64,000 bases of DNA from an uncultured Alphaproteobacteria bacterium. GTDB lineage: Bacteria > Pseudomonadota > Alphaproteobacteria > HIMB59 > GCA-002718135. Below the pieces are notes generated by a model, which saw only the letters and a program-made list of their open reading frames with translations, did not search any database and was not told the origin of the DNA. A program made the position numbers and the translations under genes. The stretch is from contig CACNNQ010000002.1 of NCBI GenBank assembly GCA_902621855.1, positions 154,731-218,730 of the forward strand, read 5' to 3'. This document shows, one piece after another, positions 30,058 to 40,042 of the stretch (its first letter is position 1; every line of letters starts with the position of its first letter).

Positions 30058-31279
30058 GCAATTAACCAATATTGGTATTATTAGAGAGTCTAGAAATGAT
30101 GAAAATAGAACTCCTCTAGTCCCAGAACATATTAAAAAATACAAAGAAAGTAATCCAAATGTTAATTTTATTATTCAGCCATCAAATAATAGATGCTTTT
30201 ATGATGAAGAATATAAATTATCTGGCGCTAAAATTAATGACAATTTAAATGAATGCTCAATAATATTCGGAGTAAAAGAAATTGATCCAAAAATTTTAAT
30301 TAATAATAGGACATATCTTTTTTTTTCTCACACCTTTAAAATTAACAAACAACAAAAAAATATTGAAAAAAATAAGAAAGACTTACTCTTATCAATTTTG
30401 AATAAAAAAATTACATTGATTGATTATGAAAATATCAGAGGTAAAAATGGCACAAGATGTTTAGGTTTTGGAAGATTTGCAGGTATTGTTGGTTGTTATA
30501 ATACCTTAAATTTATTACTTAGAGTGCTTGGAAAACAATCTCTCGCTAGTGCCTATAAAATTAATGATTACGAAAGATTAGTATTAAATTTAAAAAATTT
30601 ATATTTTCCTAAAACTAAAATTCTAGTTACTGGTGATGGTAGAGTTGCAAAAGGAGTTATTGAACTTTTAAATCTAACAAACATTAAAGCTGTATCAAAA
30701 AAAGACTTTTTGGAAAAAAAATTTGATCAACCTATTTTTTGTAATTTGGAAACTAAAGATTATGTCACAAATAATTCTTCCACTGATTTTAGCCTTGAGC
30801 ATTTTATTAATAATCCTCAAGATTATTCTAGTTCTGCATTACAATATTTAAAAGAAACTAATATACTTATAAGTGCACATTATTGGGACCCATCTTCTCC
30901 AAAAATATTTGAGAGTGAAGAATTAAAAGATTTACAAAATCTAAAAATTGTAGGCGATATTACTTGTGATATTAATGGTTCTGTCCCAACTACAATACGA
31001 TCAACAACAATTGAGAAACCAAATTATTGGATTGAAAGAAATAGTTTAAAAGAAATACGCGAAAATAATGATGGAATTGCTGTTATGGCAGTTGATAATT
31101 TACCATCTGAATTACCACGTGATTCAAGTACAGAATTTAGTGAAGGTATTATTAAAGAAGTTCTTCCTTTTTTATTAAAAGAAGATGATGGAAGAATATT
31201 AAATGGAACAATAGCAAAAGATGGTAGTTTTTTAGAAAAGTACAATTATTTAAATAATTATATTAAAATAAATGAATAA
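30050..31279 (+). CDS. Lysine-ketoglutarate reductase-like (L-lysine-forming saccharopine dehydrogenase; AlaDH/PNT fold)
   Basis: The N-terminus IGIIRESRNDENRTPLVPEH matches the LKR/AlaDH-PNT N-domain pattern, with a second Rossmann motif VTGDGRVAKG. It overlaps the upstream gene by 8 nt. Confidence 0.7.
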   Translation: MDKQLTNIGIIRESRNDENRTPLVPEHIKKYKESNPNVNFIIQPSNNRCFYDEEYKLSGAKINDNLNECSIIFGVKEIDPKILINNRTYLFFSHTFKINKQQKNIEKNKKDLLLSILNKKITLIDYENIRGKNGTRCLGFGRFAGIVGCYNTLNLLLRVLGKQSLASAYKINDYERLVLNLKNLYFPKTKILVTGDGRVAKGVIELLNLTNIKAVSKKDFLEKKFDQPIFCNLETKDYVTNNSSTDFSLEHFINNPQDYSSSALQYLKETNILISAHYWDPSSPKIFESEELKDLQNLKIVGDITCDINGSVPTTIRSTTIEKPNYWIERNSLKEIRENNDGIAVMAVDNLPSELPRDSSTEFSEGIIKEVLPFLLKEDDGRILNGTIAKDGSFLEKYNYLNNYIKINE

Positions 31280-33326
31280 AGCAGAAAAAAAACATCATCT
31301 CTCTCCCGAAATCACAACACCTTTTAAAATTGTCAGTGATTTTAATCCAAGTGGTGATCAACCTGAAGCAATTAATAGTATTGTTAAAAGTCTAAATGAA
31401 GGAGAACAAGAACAAGTTCTTTTAGGTGTCACTGGATCAGGTAAGACCTTTACAATGGCTAAAGTAATTGAAAAAGTACAAAAACCTACTTTAATAATGG
31501 CACCAAACAAAACATTAGCAGCACAACTTTATGGCGAAATGAAAAATTTGTTTCCAGATAATGCTGTTGAATATTTTGTCAGTTATTATGATTATTATAC
31601 ACCAGAAGCATATGTACCAAGGACGGATACATATATTGAAAAAGAATCTTCAATAAACGAACAAATTGATCGTCTAAGACATTCAGCTACTAGATCTTTA
31701 GTGGAAAGAAGAGATACTATCATAGTAGCATCAGTTTCTTGTATTTATGGTATTGGATCAGTTGATGCTTATTCTTCAATGTCTTTTACTTTAGATAAAA
31801 ATCAATCAATAAGTAGAGAAATAATTATCAGAAAGTTGGTAGAACTTTTATACAAACGTCGTGACATGGACTTTAGAAGAGGTAGCTTTAGGGCTAAGGG
31901 AGATATTTTAGAAATTTTCCCTTCACACTATGAAGATATTTCTTGGAAAATATCTATGTTTGGAGATGATATAGAGAGTATAACACAAGTGGATCCACTT
32001 ACTGGAGAGAAGCTTGGGGAACTTGAACAAATAAGAATCTTTGCAAACTCTCATTATGTAACCCCAAAGCCAACAATAAAAAAAGCAATTACGATGATTA
32101 AAAATGATCTAAAAAAACAATTAGAGATTTTTGAAAAAGAAAAAAAATACTTAGAAAGACAAAGGTTGGATGAGAGAACTACATTTGACTTAGAAATGAT
32201 GGAAACTACTGGAAGTTGTAGTGGTATTGAAAATTATTCTAGATATTTGTCAGGAAGAAAGCCAGGCGAGCCTCCTCCTACACTTTATGAATATATTCCA
32301 GAAGACTCTTTATTGTTTATAGATGAAAGCCATCAGACATGTGGTCAAATAGCAGGAATGTACAAAGGTGATTTTTCTAGAAAATCAACTTTAGCTCAAT
32401 ATGGTTTTAGACTACCAAGTTGTGTTGATAACAGACCCTTAAAAAGAGAAGAATGGGATGCAATGCGTCCACAAACTATATTTGTAAGTGCAACACCAGG
32501 AGATTATGAACTAGAAAAGACAGGTGGTACCTTTGTTGAACAAGTAATTAGACCAACTGGTTTGATTGATCCACCTATTGAGATAAGGCCAACAAAACAT
32601 CAAATTGATAACTTAATTGATGAATGTAAAAAGACTATAGATAAAGGTCATCGTGTTCTAATCACAACACTTACAAAAAAAATGGCCGAAGATCTTACTG
32701 AATATATCAATGAAGAAGGATTAAAGGTAAGGTATCTTCACTCTGATATCGATACATTAGAAAGAATAGAAATTATTAGAGATCTAAGACTGGGAGTTTT
32801 TAATGTTTTAGTAGGAATAAATCTTCTAAGAGAAGGTTTAGATATTCCTGAATGCGCTTTAATGGCTATATTAGATGCTGATAAGGAAGGTTACCTTCGT
32901 TCTAGAACTAGTTTAATTCAGACTATTGGTAGAGCTGCAAGAAATGTTGAGAGTAAAGTCTTAATGTATGCTGATAACATTACCACTAGTATGAAAGAAG
33001 CAATCGAAGAGACAGATAGAAGACGAACAAAACAACTAGAATATAACAAAATAAATAAAATTACGCCAATCAGTATTAAAAAGAATATTCAAGAAATAAT
33101 TGAAAACACAGCTGAACAAGATCATGTTACAGTTGAAATTGATAATGCTAAAGAATTAGTTGGTAAGGATCTTAATAAACATATTAAAAATTTAGAGAAA
33201 AAAATGAATGAATTTGCTTCAAAACTTGAATTTGAAGATGCAGCAAGATTACGAGATGAAATTAATAGATTAAAGGCAAAAGAAGTGGGTCTTTCTAATA
33301 AAGTTTTGCAGTTTAAAAAGAATTAA
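31272..33326 (+). CDS. uvrB: Excinuclease ABC subunit B
   Basis: Walker A GVTGSGKT, DESH-type box FIDESHQT, helicase motifs and a C-terminal UVR domain (EFEDAARLRDEINRL). Confidence 0.95.
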   Translation: MNKAEKKHHLSPEITTPFKIVSDFNPSGDQPEAINSIVKSLNEGEQEQVLLGVTGSGKTFTMAKVIEKVQKPTLIMAPNKTLAAQLYGEMKNLFPDNAVEYFVSYYDYYTPEAYVPRTDTYIEKESSINEQIDRLRHSATRSLVERRDTIIVASVSCIYGIGSVDAYSSMSFTLDKNQSISREIIIRKLVELLYKRRDMDFRRGSFRAKGDILEIFPSHYEDISWKISMFGDDIESITQVDPLTGEKLGELEQIRIFANSHYVTPKPTIKKAITMIKNDLKKQLEIFEKEKKYLERQRLDERTTFDLEMMETTGSCSGIENYSRYLSGRKPGEPPPTLYEYIPEDSLLFIDESHQTCGQIAGMYKGDFSRKSTLAQYGFRLPSCVDNRPLKREEWDAMRPQTIFVSATPGDYELEKTGGTFVEQVIRPTGLIDPPIEIRPTKHQIDNLIDECKKTIDKGHRVLITTLTKKMAEDLTEYINEEGLKVRYLHSDIDTLERIEIIRDLRLGVFNVLVGINLLREGLDIPECALMAILDADKEGYLRSRTSLIQTIGRAARNVESKVLMYADNITTSMKEAIEETDRRRTKQLEYNKINKITPISIKKNIQEIIENTAEQDHVTVEIDNAKELVGKDLNKHIKNLEKKMNEFASKLEFEDAARLRDEINRLKAKEVGLSNKVLQFKKN

Positions 33327-34330
33327 TGGATATTGTATTTACAGAAACTAACCAAACTGGAATCATTAAACTAAATCGTCCTAAAGCTTTAAATGCTCTC
33401 AATTTAGAAATGGCAAAAAAATTCCATGACAAATTATTAGAATGGGAAGAAAAAGATAATATCTTAAGAGTACTGTTAGTTGGAGAAGGTAAACATTTTT
33501 GTGCAGGAGGTGATGTAAAATCTCTTGTTCTTGCTGGAAAAGAGAACTCTTTAAAACATGATTTTTTTAAAATTGAGTATGAACTTAATTATTTAATAAG
33601 CCAATTTAGTAAAGAATTTCTTTCAGTTTGGAATGGTGTAGTCATGGGGGGCGGGGTTGGTTTATCAATCTATGGTGATCACAGATTGGCAACAGACAAT
33701 TCAAAATTTGCAATGCCAGAATCTGCAATTGGCTTTTTTCCAGATGTTGGCGGAAGTTATTTTTTATCAAATCTTCCAGGTAACATTGGTAAGTATATTG
33801 GTTTAACGGGTGAGGTTTTAGGATTAAATGAATTAATTTTTTTCGGATTAGCAACTCACTACTTTCAAAGTAATAAAATAGAAGATGTTAAAGAAAAATT
33901 TATTACAAGAGGAGAAATTTCACACGATAATTTTGAAGTAAAGAATGATACATATCTAATTAAAAATATGAATTTAATAAATGAACTATTCAATGGAAAT
34001 ATTCAAACAATCATAACAAATTTAAAAAGTCATAACTCAGAGTTTTCAAAAAAAATTTTAGATATTCTTTTAGCTAAATGTCCAATGAGTCTTGCGATAA
34101 GCACTAAACTTATAGATGATGCAAAAGGTAAATCGTTAAAAGAATGTTTAGAAACTGAATTTCAATTAAGTCAAAAAATAGTATACCGTAGTGACTTTGA
34201 TAATGGTGTAAATTCTGTGCTAATTTCAAAAGATCATAATCCTATTTGGGAGCCATCAAAAATAGATGAAATAAATATAGAAGATCTAGATTTTTATTTT
34301 GAAACTCATACTGAAAATCTTTATCTATAA
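33326..34330 (+). CDS. 3-hydroxyisobutyryl-CoA hydrolase-like enoyl-CoA hydratase/isomerase family protein
   Basis: Crotonase-fold motifs FCAGGDV and GVVMGGGVGLS...FAMPESAIGFFPDVGG, plus the long C-terminal extension typical of HIBCH. Confidence 0.72.
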   Translation: MDIVFTETNQTGIIKLNRPKALNALNLEMAKKFHDKLLEWEEKDNILRVLLVGEGKHFCAGGDVKSLVLAGKENSLKHDFFKIEYELNYLISQFSKEFLSVWNGVVMGGGVGLSIYGDHRLATDNSKFAMPESAIGFFPDVGGSYFLSNLPGNIGKYIGLTGEVLGLNELIFFGLATHYFQSNKIEDVKEKFITRGEISHDNFEVKNDTYLIKNMNLINELFNGNIQTIITNLKSHNSEFSKKILDILLAKCPMSLAISTKLIDDAKGKSLKECLETEFQLSQKIVYRSDFDNGVNSVLISKDHNPIWEPSKIDEINIEDLDFYFETHTENLYL

Positions 34331-34338
34331 TATTACAA

Positions 34339-36786
34339 ATGAGTAATAAAATTCCTACTTCTGCAAAAGTAGTCGTAATAGGCGGTGGTATAGCTGGATG
34401 TTCTGTAGCTTATCATTTAGCAAAATTTGGATGGAAAGATGTGATCTTGCTAGAAAGAGATCAATTAACTTCTGGAACTACTTGGCATGCAGCAGGACTG
34501 ATTGGTCAGATTGGTGCATCAGCAACCATTACAAAACTTAGAAATTATTCGTTAAATTTATATAAAGACCTGGAAAAAGAAACAGGATTAGCAACAGGTT
34601 TAAAGCAAAACGGCTCTTTAACTATTGCAACAACTAATGATCGATTAGAGGAATTAAAAAGGCAAGCTACTTTTGCTCAAAGATTTAATATAGAAGTTAA
34701 TGAATTAGAAAAAGATGAGATTAAGGATATTTATTCTCTTATAAATACTGATGACGTTGTTGGTGGGATATTTATTCCAAAAGATGGTCAAGCAGATCCT
34801 GTTGGTATAACAAATGTTCTTGCTAAATCGGCAAAAATGTATGGTGCTCAAATATTTGAACATTGTTCTGTAAATAAAATCCTTACTAAAAATGGATCAA
34901 TAGAAGGTGTAGATACAAAACATGGAAAAATTAAATGTGAGTATATTGTTCTAGCATCTGGAATGTGGTCTAGGCAGATTGCAAATGATATTAACGTTAG
35001 TATACCGCTATATCCAAATGAACACTTCTATATATTAAGTGAGCCTTTAAAAGAAATTTCTAAATCACTTCCAGTTCTTAGAGATTACAATAATTGCTTA
35101 TATCTAAAAGAGGATGCGGGAAAAATTTTAGTAGGAATTTTTGAGCCTAAAGCTAAACCTGCATTTACTGATACGTATAAAGTGCCCAATGATTTTTCTT
35201 TTGGAGAACTACCTGAAGATTTTGATCATTTTGAACCGCATTTAAAAAATGCTATGAAAAGAATACCGGCCCTTGAAAATGTAGGTATAAGAAAATTCTT
35301 TAACGGTCCTGAAGCTTTTACTCCAGATACAAATTATCTTTTAGGAGAAACACCAGAAATAAAAAACTTTTATGTTTGTTGTGGATTTAATAGTATTGGT
35401 ATTCAGAGTGCTGGTGGTGCAGGTAAGGTAACTGCAGAATGGATGATGAACGGTGAGGTTAATGATGATCTTTACTCCTTAGATATTTCAAGATTTGAAA
35501 AATTTCACTCTGAAACAAAATTTATAACTGAAAGAGTTACTGAGTCATTAGGAGATTTATATGCGATGCACTGGCCTTACAAACAACATAAATCTTCGAG
35601 AAATATTAAACTACTTCCTTTTCATAATGATTTGAAAAAAGAAGGGGCATGCTTTGGACAAGTGGCCGGTTTTGAAAGACCAATGTGGTATGCTCTAAAT
35701 GGTAAGAAACCAGAATATGAGTATAGTTATGGCTATCAAAATTGGTATGATGCAGCAAAGTATGAAACAATAAACACAAGAAAAAACGCTGGTTTATTTG
35801 ACTTAAGTGCCTTTGCAAAATTTGAAATTAAGGGAGACACTGCCTTCAACGATCTTCAACGATTATGCTGTAATAATATTAAAAATTATCCCGGTCATAC
35901 AACTTACACACAAATGCTTAATTCAAATGGTGGCATTGTTGCCGATTTAACAGTTACTTGTATTGATACTAATTCTTTTCGTATTGTAACGGGATCATCT
36001 GTGAGAGAACATGATAAAAAACATATTTCAGAAAATTTAAGTAAAAACACAACTTTAATTGATATTACTGAAAGTTTAGCTTGCTTTGGTATTTTTGGTC
36101 CTAAAAGTAGAGAAATTCTAACAGAAATATTTGGAGAACATTTTTCAAACGATAAGTTTAAATTTGGAACTGCTAAAGAAATATCATTGAAAAATAATAA
36201 ATTAATCTTCCAAAGATTATCTTTTGTTGGTGAACTTGGTTGGGAAATTTATGTTCCTATAAATATATCTAGAGAAATTTATTTAGAGTTAGTTAAAGTT
36301 GGAGAAAAATATAACCTTTCACATGCTGGTGCCCATGCACTTGATATTATGAGAATGGAAAAGGGATATTTACATTGGGGTCATGATATTTCTCCAGCTG
36401 AAAATCCTTTTGAAGCTGGATTAGAATTAACTGTTAAATTAAATAAAAAAACAGATTTTATAGGTAAAGAAGCTTTAAAAATAAAAAATAGAATTAAAAA
36501 GAAACAACTAACAAATTTTGTTTTAGAAAAATCTACGCCAGGAAATCCTCTCTTATTACATGATGAGCCTATTTATTATAAAAATAAAATTGTGGGAGAA
36601 ACAACTTCTAGCAATTATTCATTTTGTTATAATAAAAATATGGTCTTTGGATATATAGATTCAGAAATAGATTTAAAAAAATTAAATGGCAGCAATTTTG
36701 AGGTTGAAGTTGCTAAAAATAAATATGTTATGTCTGTTCAATTTAATCCATTGCATGATCCTGAAAATAATTTTACAAAAATATAG
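34339..36786 (+). CDS. Dimethylglycine/sarcosine dehydrogenase-family flavoenzyme (DAO domain + GcvT folate-binding domain)
   Basis: N-terminal FAD motif VIGGGIAGCS and a C-terminal aminomethyltransferase-type domain. Length is 815 aa. The substrate cannot be fixed from sequence alone. Confidence 0.82.
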   Translation: MSNKIPTSAKVVVIGGGIAGCSVAYHLAKFGWKDVILLERDQLTSGTTWHAAGLIGQIGASATITKLRNYSLNLYKDLEKETGLATGLKQNGSLTIATTNDRLEELKRQATFAQRFNIEVNELEKDEIKDIYSLINTDDVVGGIFIPKDGQADPVGITNVLAKSAKMYGAQIFEHCSVNKILTKNGSIEGVDTKHGKIKCEYIVLASGMWSRQIANDINVSIPLYPNEHFYILSEPLKEISKSLPVLRDYNNCLYLKEDAGKILVGIFEPKAKPAFTDTYKVPNDFSFGELPEDFDHFEPHLKNAMKRIPALENVGIRKFFNGPEAFTPDTNYLLGETPEIKNFYVCCGFNSIGIQSAGGAGKVTAEWMMNGEVNDDLYSLDISRFEKFHSETKFITERVTESLGDLYAMHWPYKQHKSSRNIKLLPFHNDLKKEGACFGQVAGFERPMWYALNGKKPEYEYSYGYQNWYDAAKYETINTRKNAGLFDLSAFAKFEIKGDTAFNDLQRLCCNNIKNYPGHTTYTQMLNSNGGIVADLTVTCIDTNSFRIVTGSSVREHDKKHISENLSKNTTLIDITESLACFGIFGPKSREILTEIFGEHFSNDKFKFGTAKEISLKNNKLIFQRLSFVGELGWEIYVPINISREIYLELVKVGEKYNLSHAGAHALDIMRMEKGYLHWGHDISPAENPFEAGLELTVKLNKKTDFIGKEALKIKNRIKKKQLTNFVLEKSTPGNPLLLHDEPIYYKNKIVGETTSSNYSFCYNKNMVFGYIDSEIDLKKLNGSNFEVEVAKNKYVMSVQFNPLHDPENNFTKI

Positions 36787-36804
36787 TTTTTTACGATCTA
36801 ATAT

Positions 36805-37683
36805 ATGAAAAAAATTAGATTATTTTTTTCTATAGTTGTAATTATATTAATAATTTTATCTATCTTTATTTATATTTTTCTAAATAATTTTGAAAAAGAA
36901 AAAATAATTAGTGATATCGAGAAGAAATTAGAAATTAAAATTAATGAAAATAACAAAACTAAAATCAATATTTTTCCAATTGTTAAGCTTAACACAAACT
37001 TAGAAATTAAAGATTTTAAAAATAATTTATACTTTGATAATATTAGAATTGATATTTCTCAGCCCGTATTTCAAGTTTCAGGAAACTTAGATATTCTCAT
37101 TGATAATTTGAATATTAAGAATATTAATTTTAGTGAAGTAAATATTAATGGAAAAGTAAATTATATTGAAAATTATCTTAAATATAGTGATAATTTAGAA
37201 AATTTATTTGACTCAATTTATAAAATTAATGGAAAAATATTTTTAGAAACGACTAATGAAGAAAAATTTCTTATTTCATTTTTAAAATTATTCTTTGAAA
37301 AATTAGAAAATCAAAATAATCAAAAATTTGCATTTTCTGAATTAATAAATGCTTTTGGTAATGAAAGTTCTAATTTTAAAGGCGAAATAAATAAAAATAA
37401 GAATATTTTAGAAACTAGCAAAATAGAAATTAGTAATAAAAACAACAGAATTCTTATAAAAGGAGAATACAATTACAATAATAATTTTATAGATATTATT
37501 TTAAACTTATCTCAAAATAATGAAATATATTTAACTACTTTAATTAAAGGAAACTTAAATAATCCTAATATAAGTTTTGATGAAAATTCAAAATTTTTTC
37601 AAAATTCAAACTCAAATGAAAATAATATAATTGAAGAAAACGTCATTCAATTTTTAAATAATTTTTTTGATTTAAATGATTGA
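36805..37683 (+). CDS. Hypothetical N-terminally anchored, Asn/Ile/Lys-rich protein (possibly a miniature AsmA-like protein)
   Basis: One N-terminal TM (LFFSIVVIILIILSIFIYIFL). Beta-strand-like alternating pattern throughout. FPIVKLNTNLEIKDF and the C-terminal IKGNLNNPNISFD resemble AsmA N- and C-terminal motifs. The assignment is weak. Confidence 0.45.
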   Translation: MKKIRLFFSIVVIILIILSIFIYIFLNNFEKEKIISDIEKKLEIKINENNKTKINIFPIVKLNTNLEIKDFKNNLYFDNIRIDISQPVFQVSGNLDILIDNLNIKNINFSEVNINGKVNYIENYLKYSDNLENLFDSIYKINGKIFLETTNEEKFLISFLKLFFEKLENQNNQKFAFSELINAFGNESSNFKGEINKNKNILETSKIEISNKNNRILIKGEYNYNNNFIDIILNLSQNNEIYLTTLIKGNLNNPNISFDENSKFFQNSNSNENNIIEENVIQFLNNFFDLND

Positions 37684-38614
37684 CTTATTTAGTATAGTTA
37701 GCAGTGTGTTTGGATATATCCTTTTTGGATTTTTTGTAAATAAATTACAAATACTTCCAAAAAAATATATTGATTATTTTGATTTTACAGGTTTCAACAT
37801 TCTTCTGCCTTTAGCTTTAATTATATATTTTTGGCAAGTCTCATTTCCTCAAATTAATTCTATTGGTCTGATCATCTCATTTTTTGCTTCAGGAATTTTT
37901 ATATCCATGATTGGATTTTTAATTAGCAAACAATTTTTAAATTTTAAAACAGATGACTCTGCACTATTTGGATTAGCTGCTTGTTTTGGTAACACAGTAG
38001 CAATGGGAATACCTCTTATGTATGCAGTTTTGGGTCCAATAAATACAATACCTTATATGATATTAGTTTTTTTTCATGGTATTGTTCATTTTAGCTATAC
38101 TGTTATTATAATAGAAGTTTATAGAAATAGACAAAAAAGCATTGTCGAAATTTTTTATCAAATATTATTAGGTATAATTAAAAATATTGTACTTTTCGGA
38201 ATGATAATTGGTATCATTCTTAATTACTCTAATCTTATTGTTCCATCTATTCTTAAAGAGCCCTTAGATATTTTTGTAAACCTTGCTCTTCCAATGGTTC
38301 TCATTTCTTTAGGTCTTGCGTTAGGAAATTTTAAAATTAGAGAAAATATTTATAGTGCAATACTATTAACTATCTTAAAAAATTTCATTCACCCTATAAT
38401 TGCATTTTGTTTAGCACAATTTATATTAGAGCTTGATAGTCTCTTGGTAATTATTGTTACTATGGCCGCAGCTTTACCAAGTGGGTCTCAGTCATATTAT
38501 TTTGCATACAGATACAACTCACTAAAAGCTGTCGTTTCTTCCAATGTAGTATTAAGTACGTTTGTTAGTTTTTTTACACTGTCTTTATTATTAGTATTTT
38601 TTGATATTACGTAG
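37676..38614 (+). CDS. AEC (auxin efflux carrier) family transporter
   Basis: A 312-aa polytopic membrane protein with two homologous halves, as in the AEC/Mrp_membrane family pattern. Confidence 0.75.
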   Translation: MIDLFSIVSSVFGYILFGFFVNKLQILPKKYIDYFDFTGFNILLPLALIIYFWQVSFPQINSIGLIISFFASGIFISMIGFLISKQFLNFKTDDSALFGLAACFGNTVAMGIPLMYAVLGPINTIPYMILVFFHGIVHFSYTVIIIEVYRNRQKSIVEIFYQILLGIIKNIVLFGMIIGIILNYSNLIVPSILKEPLDIFVNLALPMVLISLGLALGNFKIRENIYSAILLTILKNFIHPIIAFCLAQFILELDSLLVIIVTMAAALPSGSQSYYFAYRYNSLKAVVSSNVVLSTFVSFFTLSLLLVFFDIT

Positions 38615-39161
38615 ATTGAGAAATAAACGATTGTATTCTCTCTTTTTTATCCATAGTTTTTACACTAAAAGGAAAAATCTCTAACATCTTGTCATATACA
38701 TCAATTGCCTGTTGAAACTGACCCTGATGAATAAAAATTAAACCCATTCCATCTAGAGCACCAAAATGTCTTGGTTCTAATTCAAGAGTTTTAATGATGT
38801 CTTGCATAGATTGATCAAAATTACCCATCATAAAGTGAACTGTAGCCCTTTTATTCCAACCTTCTGCAAAATTAGGATCTTCTTCAATTAAATTATTAAA
38901 AAATCTAATTGCTAGTGGATAATTTCTTAAATTCATAGCTTGAATACCCTTCTCAAAATATTCAATTACTTTTGGATCATCAACTTCATACCATATATTC
39001 CAAATGTCAGATATCAAATCTCTTATCTCATCCTGATTTTCAGTCTCATTTAATTTTTTAAACAAATTATTTAGCCGTGGATCATTTTGATCTGCTAACG
39101 CTATCTTGCTAGCAAACAAAAGGCTTATACTGACAATTAATATTTTAGAGATAACTCTCAT
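38607..39161 (-). CDS. Secreted TPR-repeat protein (start moved to Met14)
   Basis: Signal peptide MRVISKILIVSISLLFASKIALA, followed by TPR-like repeats (AIRFFNNLIEEDPNFAEGWNKRA; ...ALDGMGLIFIHQGQFQQAIDVYDKML). Confidence 0.7.
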   Translation of the reverse strand: MRVISKILIVSISLLFASKIALADQNDPRLNNLFKKLNETENQDEIRDLISDIWNIWYEVDDPKVIEYFEKGIQAMNLRNYPLAIRFFNNLIEEDPNFAEGWNKRATVHFMMGNFDQSMQDIIKTLELEPRHFGALDGMGLIFIHQGQFQQAIDVYDKMLEIFPFSVKTMDKKERIQSFISQST

Positions 39162-39378
39162 ATTTAAATGATTTTTCGGATAGATTTCTTTTCTTTTCAT
39201 GCTTTCTCGTTCTCCCTGTTACTCTAGTTCTCCATAACTTAAATGATCTAGGTTTCAGATTTGTTCTCATTATTTTTATAACCTCTGATTCGGTTACACC
39301 GTGAATTCTTTTTATTTTTTCAAAAGAGGTTTTATCGCACCAGGCTAATTTAATAATATTATCTATATTCTCCTGCAT
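39145..39378 (-). CDS. TIGR03643/DUF2805 family small protein
   Basis: IIKLAWCDKTSFEKIKRIHGVTESEVIKIMRTNLKPRSFKLWRTRVTGRTRKH matches the family pattern as I recall it. Confidence 0.65.
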   Translation of the reverse strand: MQENIDNIIKLAWCDKTSFEKIKRIHGVTESEVIKIMRTNLKPRSFKLWRTRVTGRTRKHEKKRNLSEKSFKYESYL

Positions 39379-39418
39379 ATTATGAATATAGTTCTCTATT
39401 AATTAAATTCTAAAAAAA

Positions 39419-40042
39419 ATGATTGATTTGTATTCATCACCTACCCCTAATGGTCGAAAAATTAGCATTATGCTTGAAGAATTAGGTGTGGATTTTAATC
39501 CAATTTTAATAAATTTAGATAAAAAAGAGCAGTTTAGTAAAGAGTTTTCAAAAATATCTCCTGCAAATAAAATTCCTGTAATTGTAGATAATGATAACAA
39601 ACAAACAGTTTTCGAATCCGGGGCTATCCTTCTTTATCTGGCAAAAAAATATGATAAATTTCTAGATAAAGATAAGTATTGGGAAATAATACAATGGGTT
39701 TTTTTTCAAATGGCTTACGTTGGGCCAATGCTAGGCCAGGCTCATCAATATTTATTTTATCATCCTGGTAAAAGCAAATTTGCAGAAGATAAAACAAAAG
39801 GCTATGCACAACATATATATTCAATTTTGGATAAAAGACTTTCTAAACAAGAATATTTTTCGGATAACTATTCAATAGCTGATATTTCAATTTGGCCTTG
39901 GACAGCTCGTTATGAAAGGCATCAAATAAATTTGCATGATTATCCAAATGTGTTGAGATGGTATAAACAAATATCAACAAGACCTGCAGTTATTAAAGGA
40001 TATAATTCTGTAGGCGAATCTAATGAAATCCCTAAACCCTAA
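39419..40042 (+). CDS. Glutathione S-transferase, YfcG-like
   Basis: The N-terminus MIDLYSSPTPNGRKISIMLEELG...ISPANKIPVIVD closely parallels E. coli YfcG (MIDLYFAPTPNGHKITLFLEE...ISPNNKIPAIVD). Confidence 0.82.
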   Translation: MIDLYSSPTPNGRKISIMLEELGVDFNPILINLDKKEQFSKEFSKISPANKIPVIVDNDNKQTVFESGAILLYLAKKYDKFLDKDKYWEIIQWVFFQMAYVGPMLGQAHQYLFYHPGKSKFAEDKTKGYAQHIYSILDKRLSKQEYFSDNYSIADISIWPWTARYERHQINLHDYPNVLRWYKQISTRPAVIKGYNSVGESNEIPKP

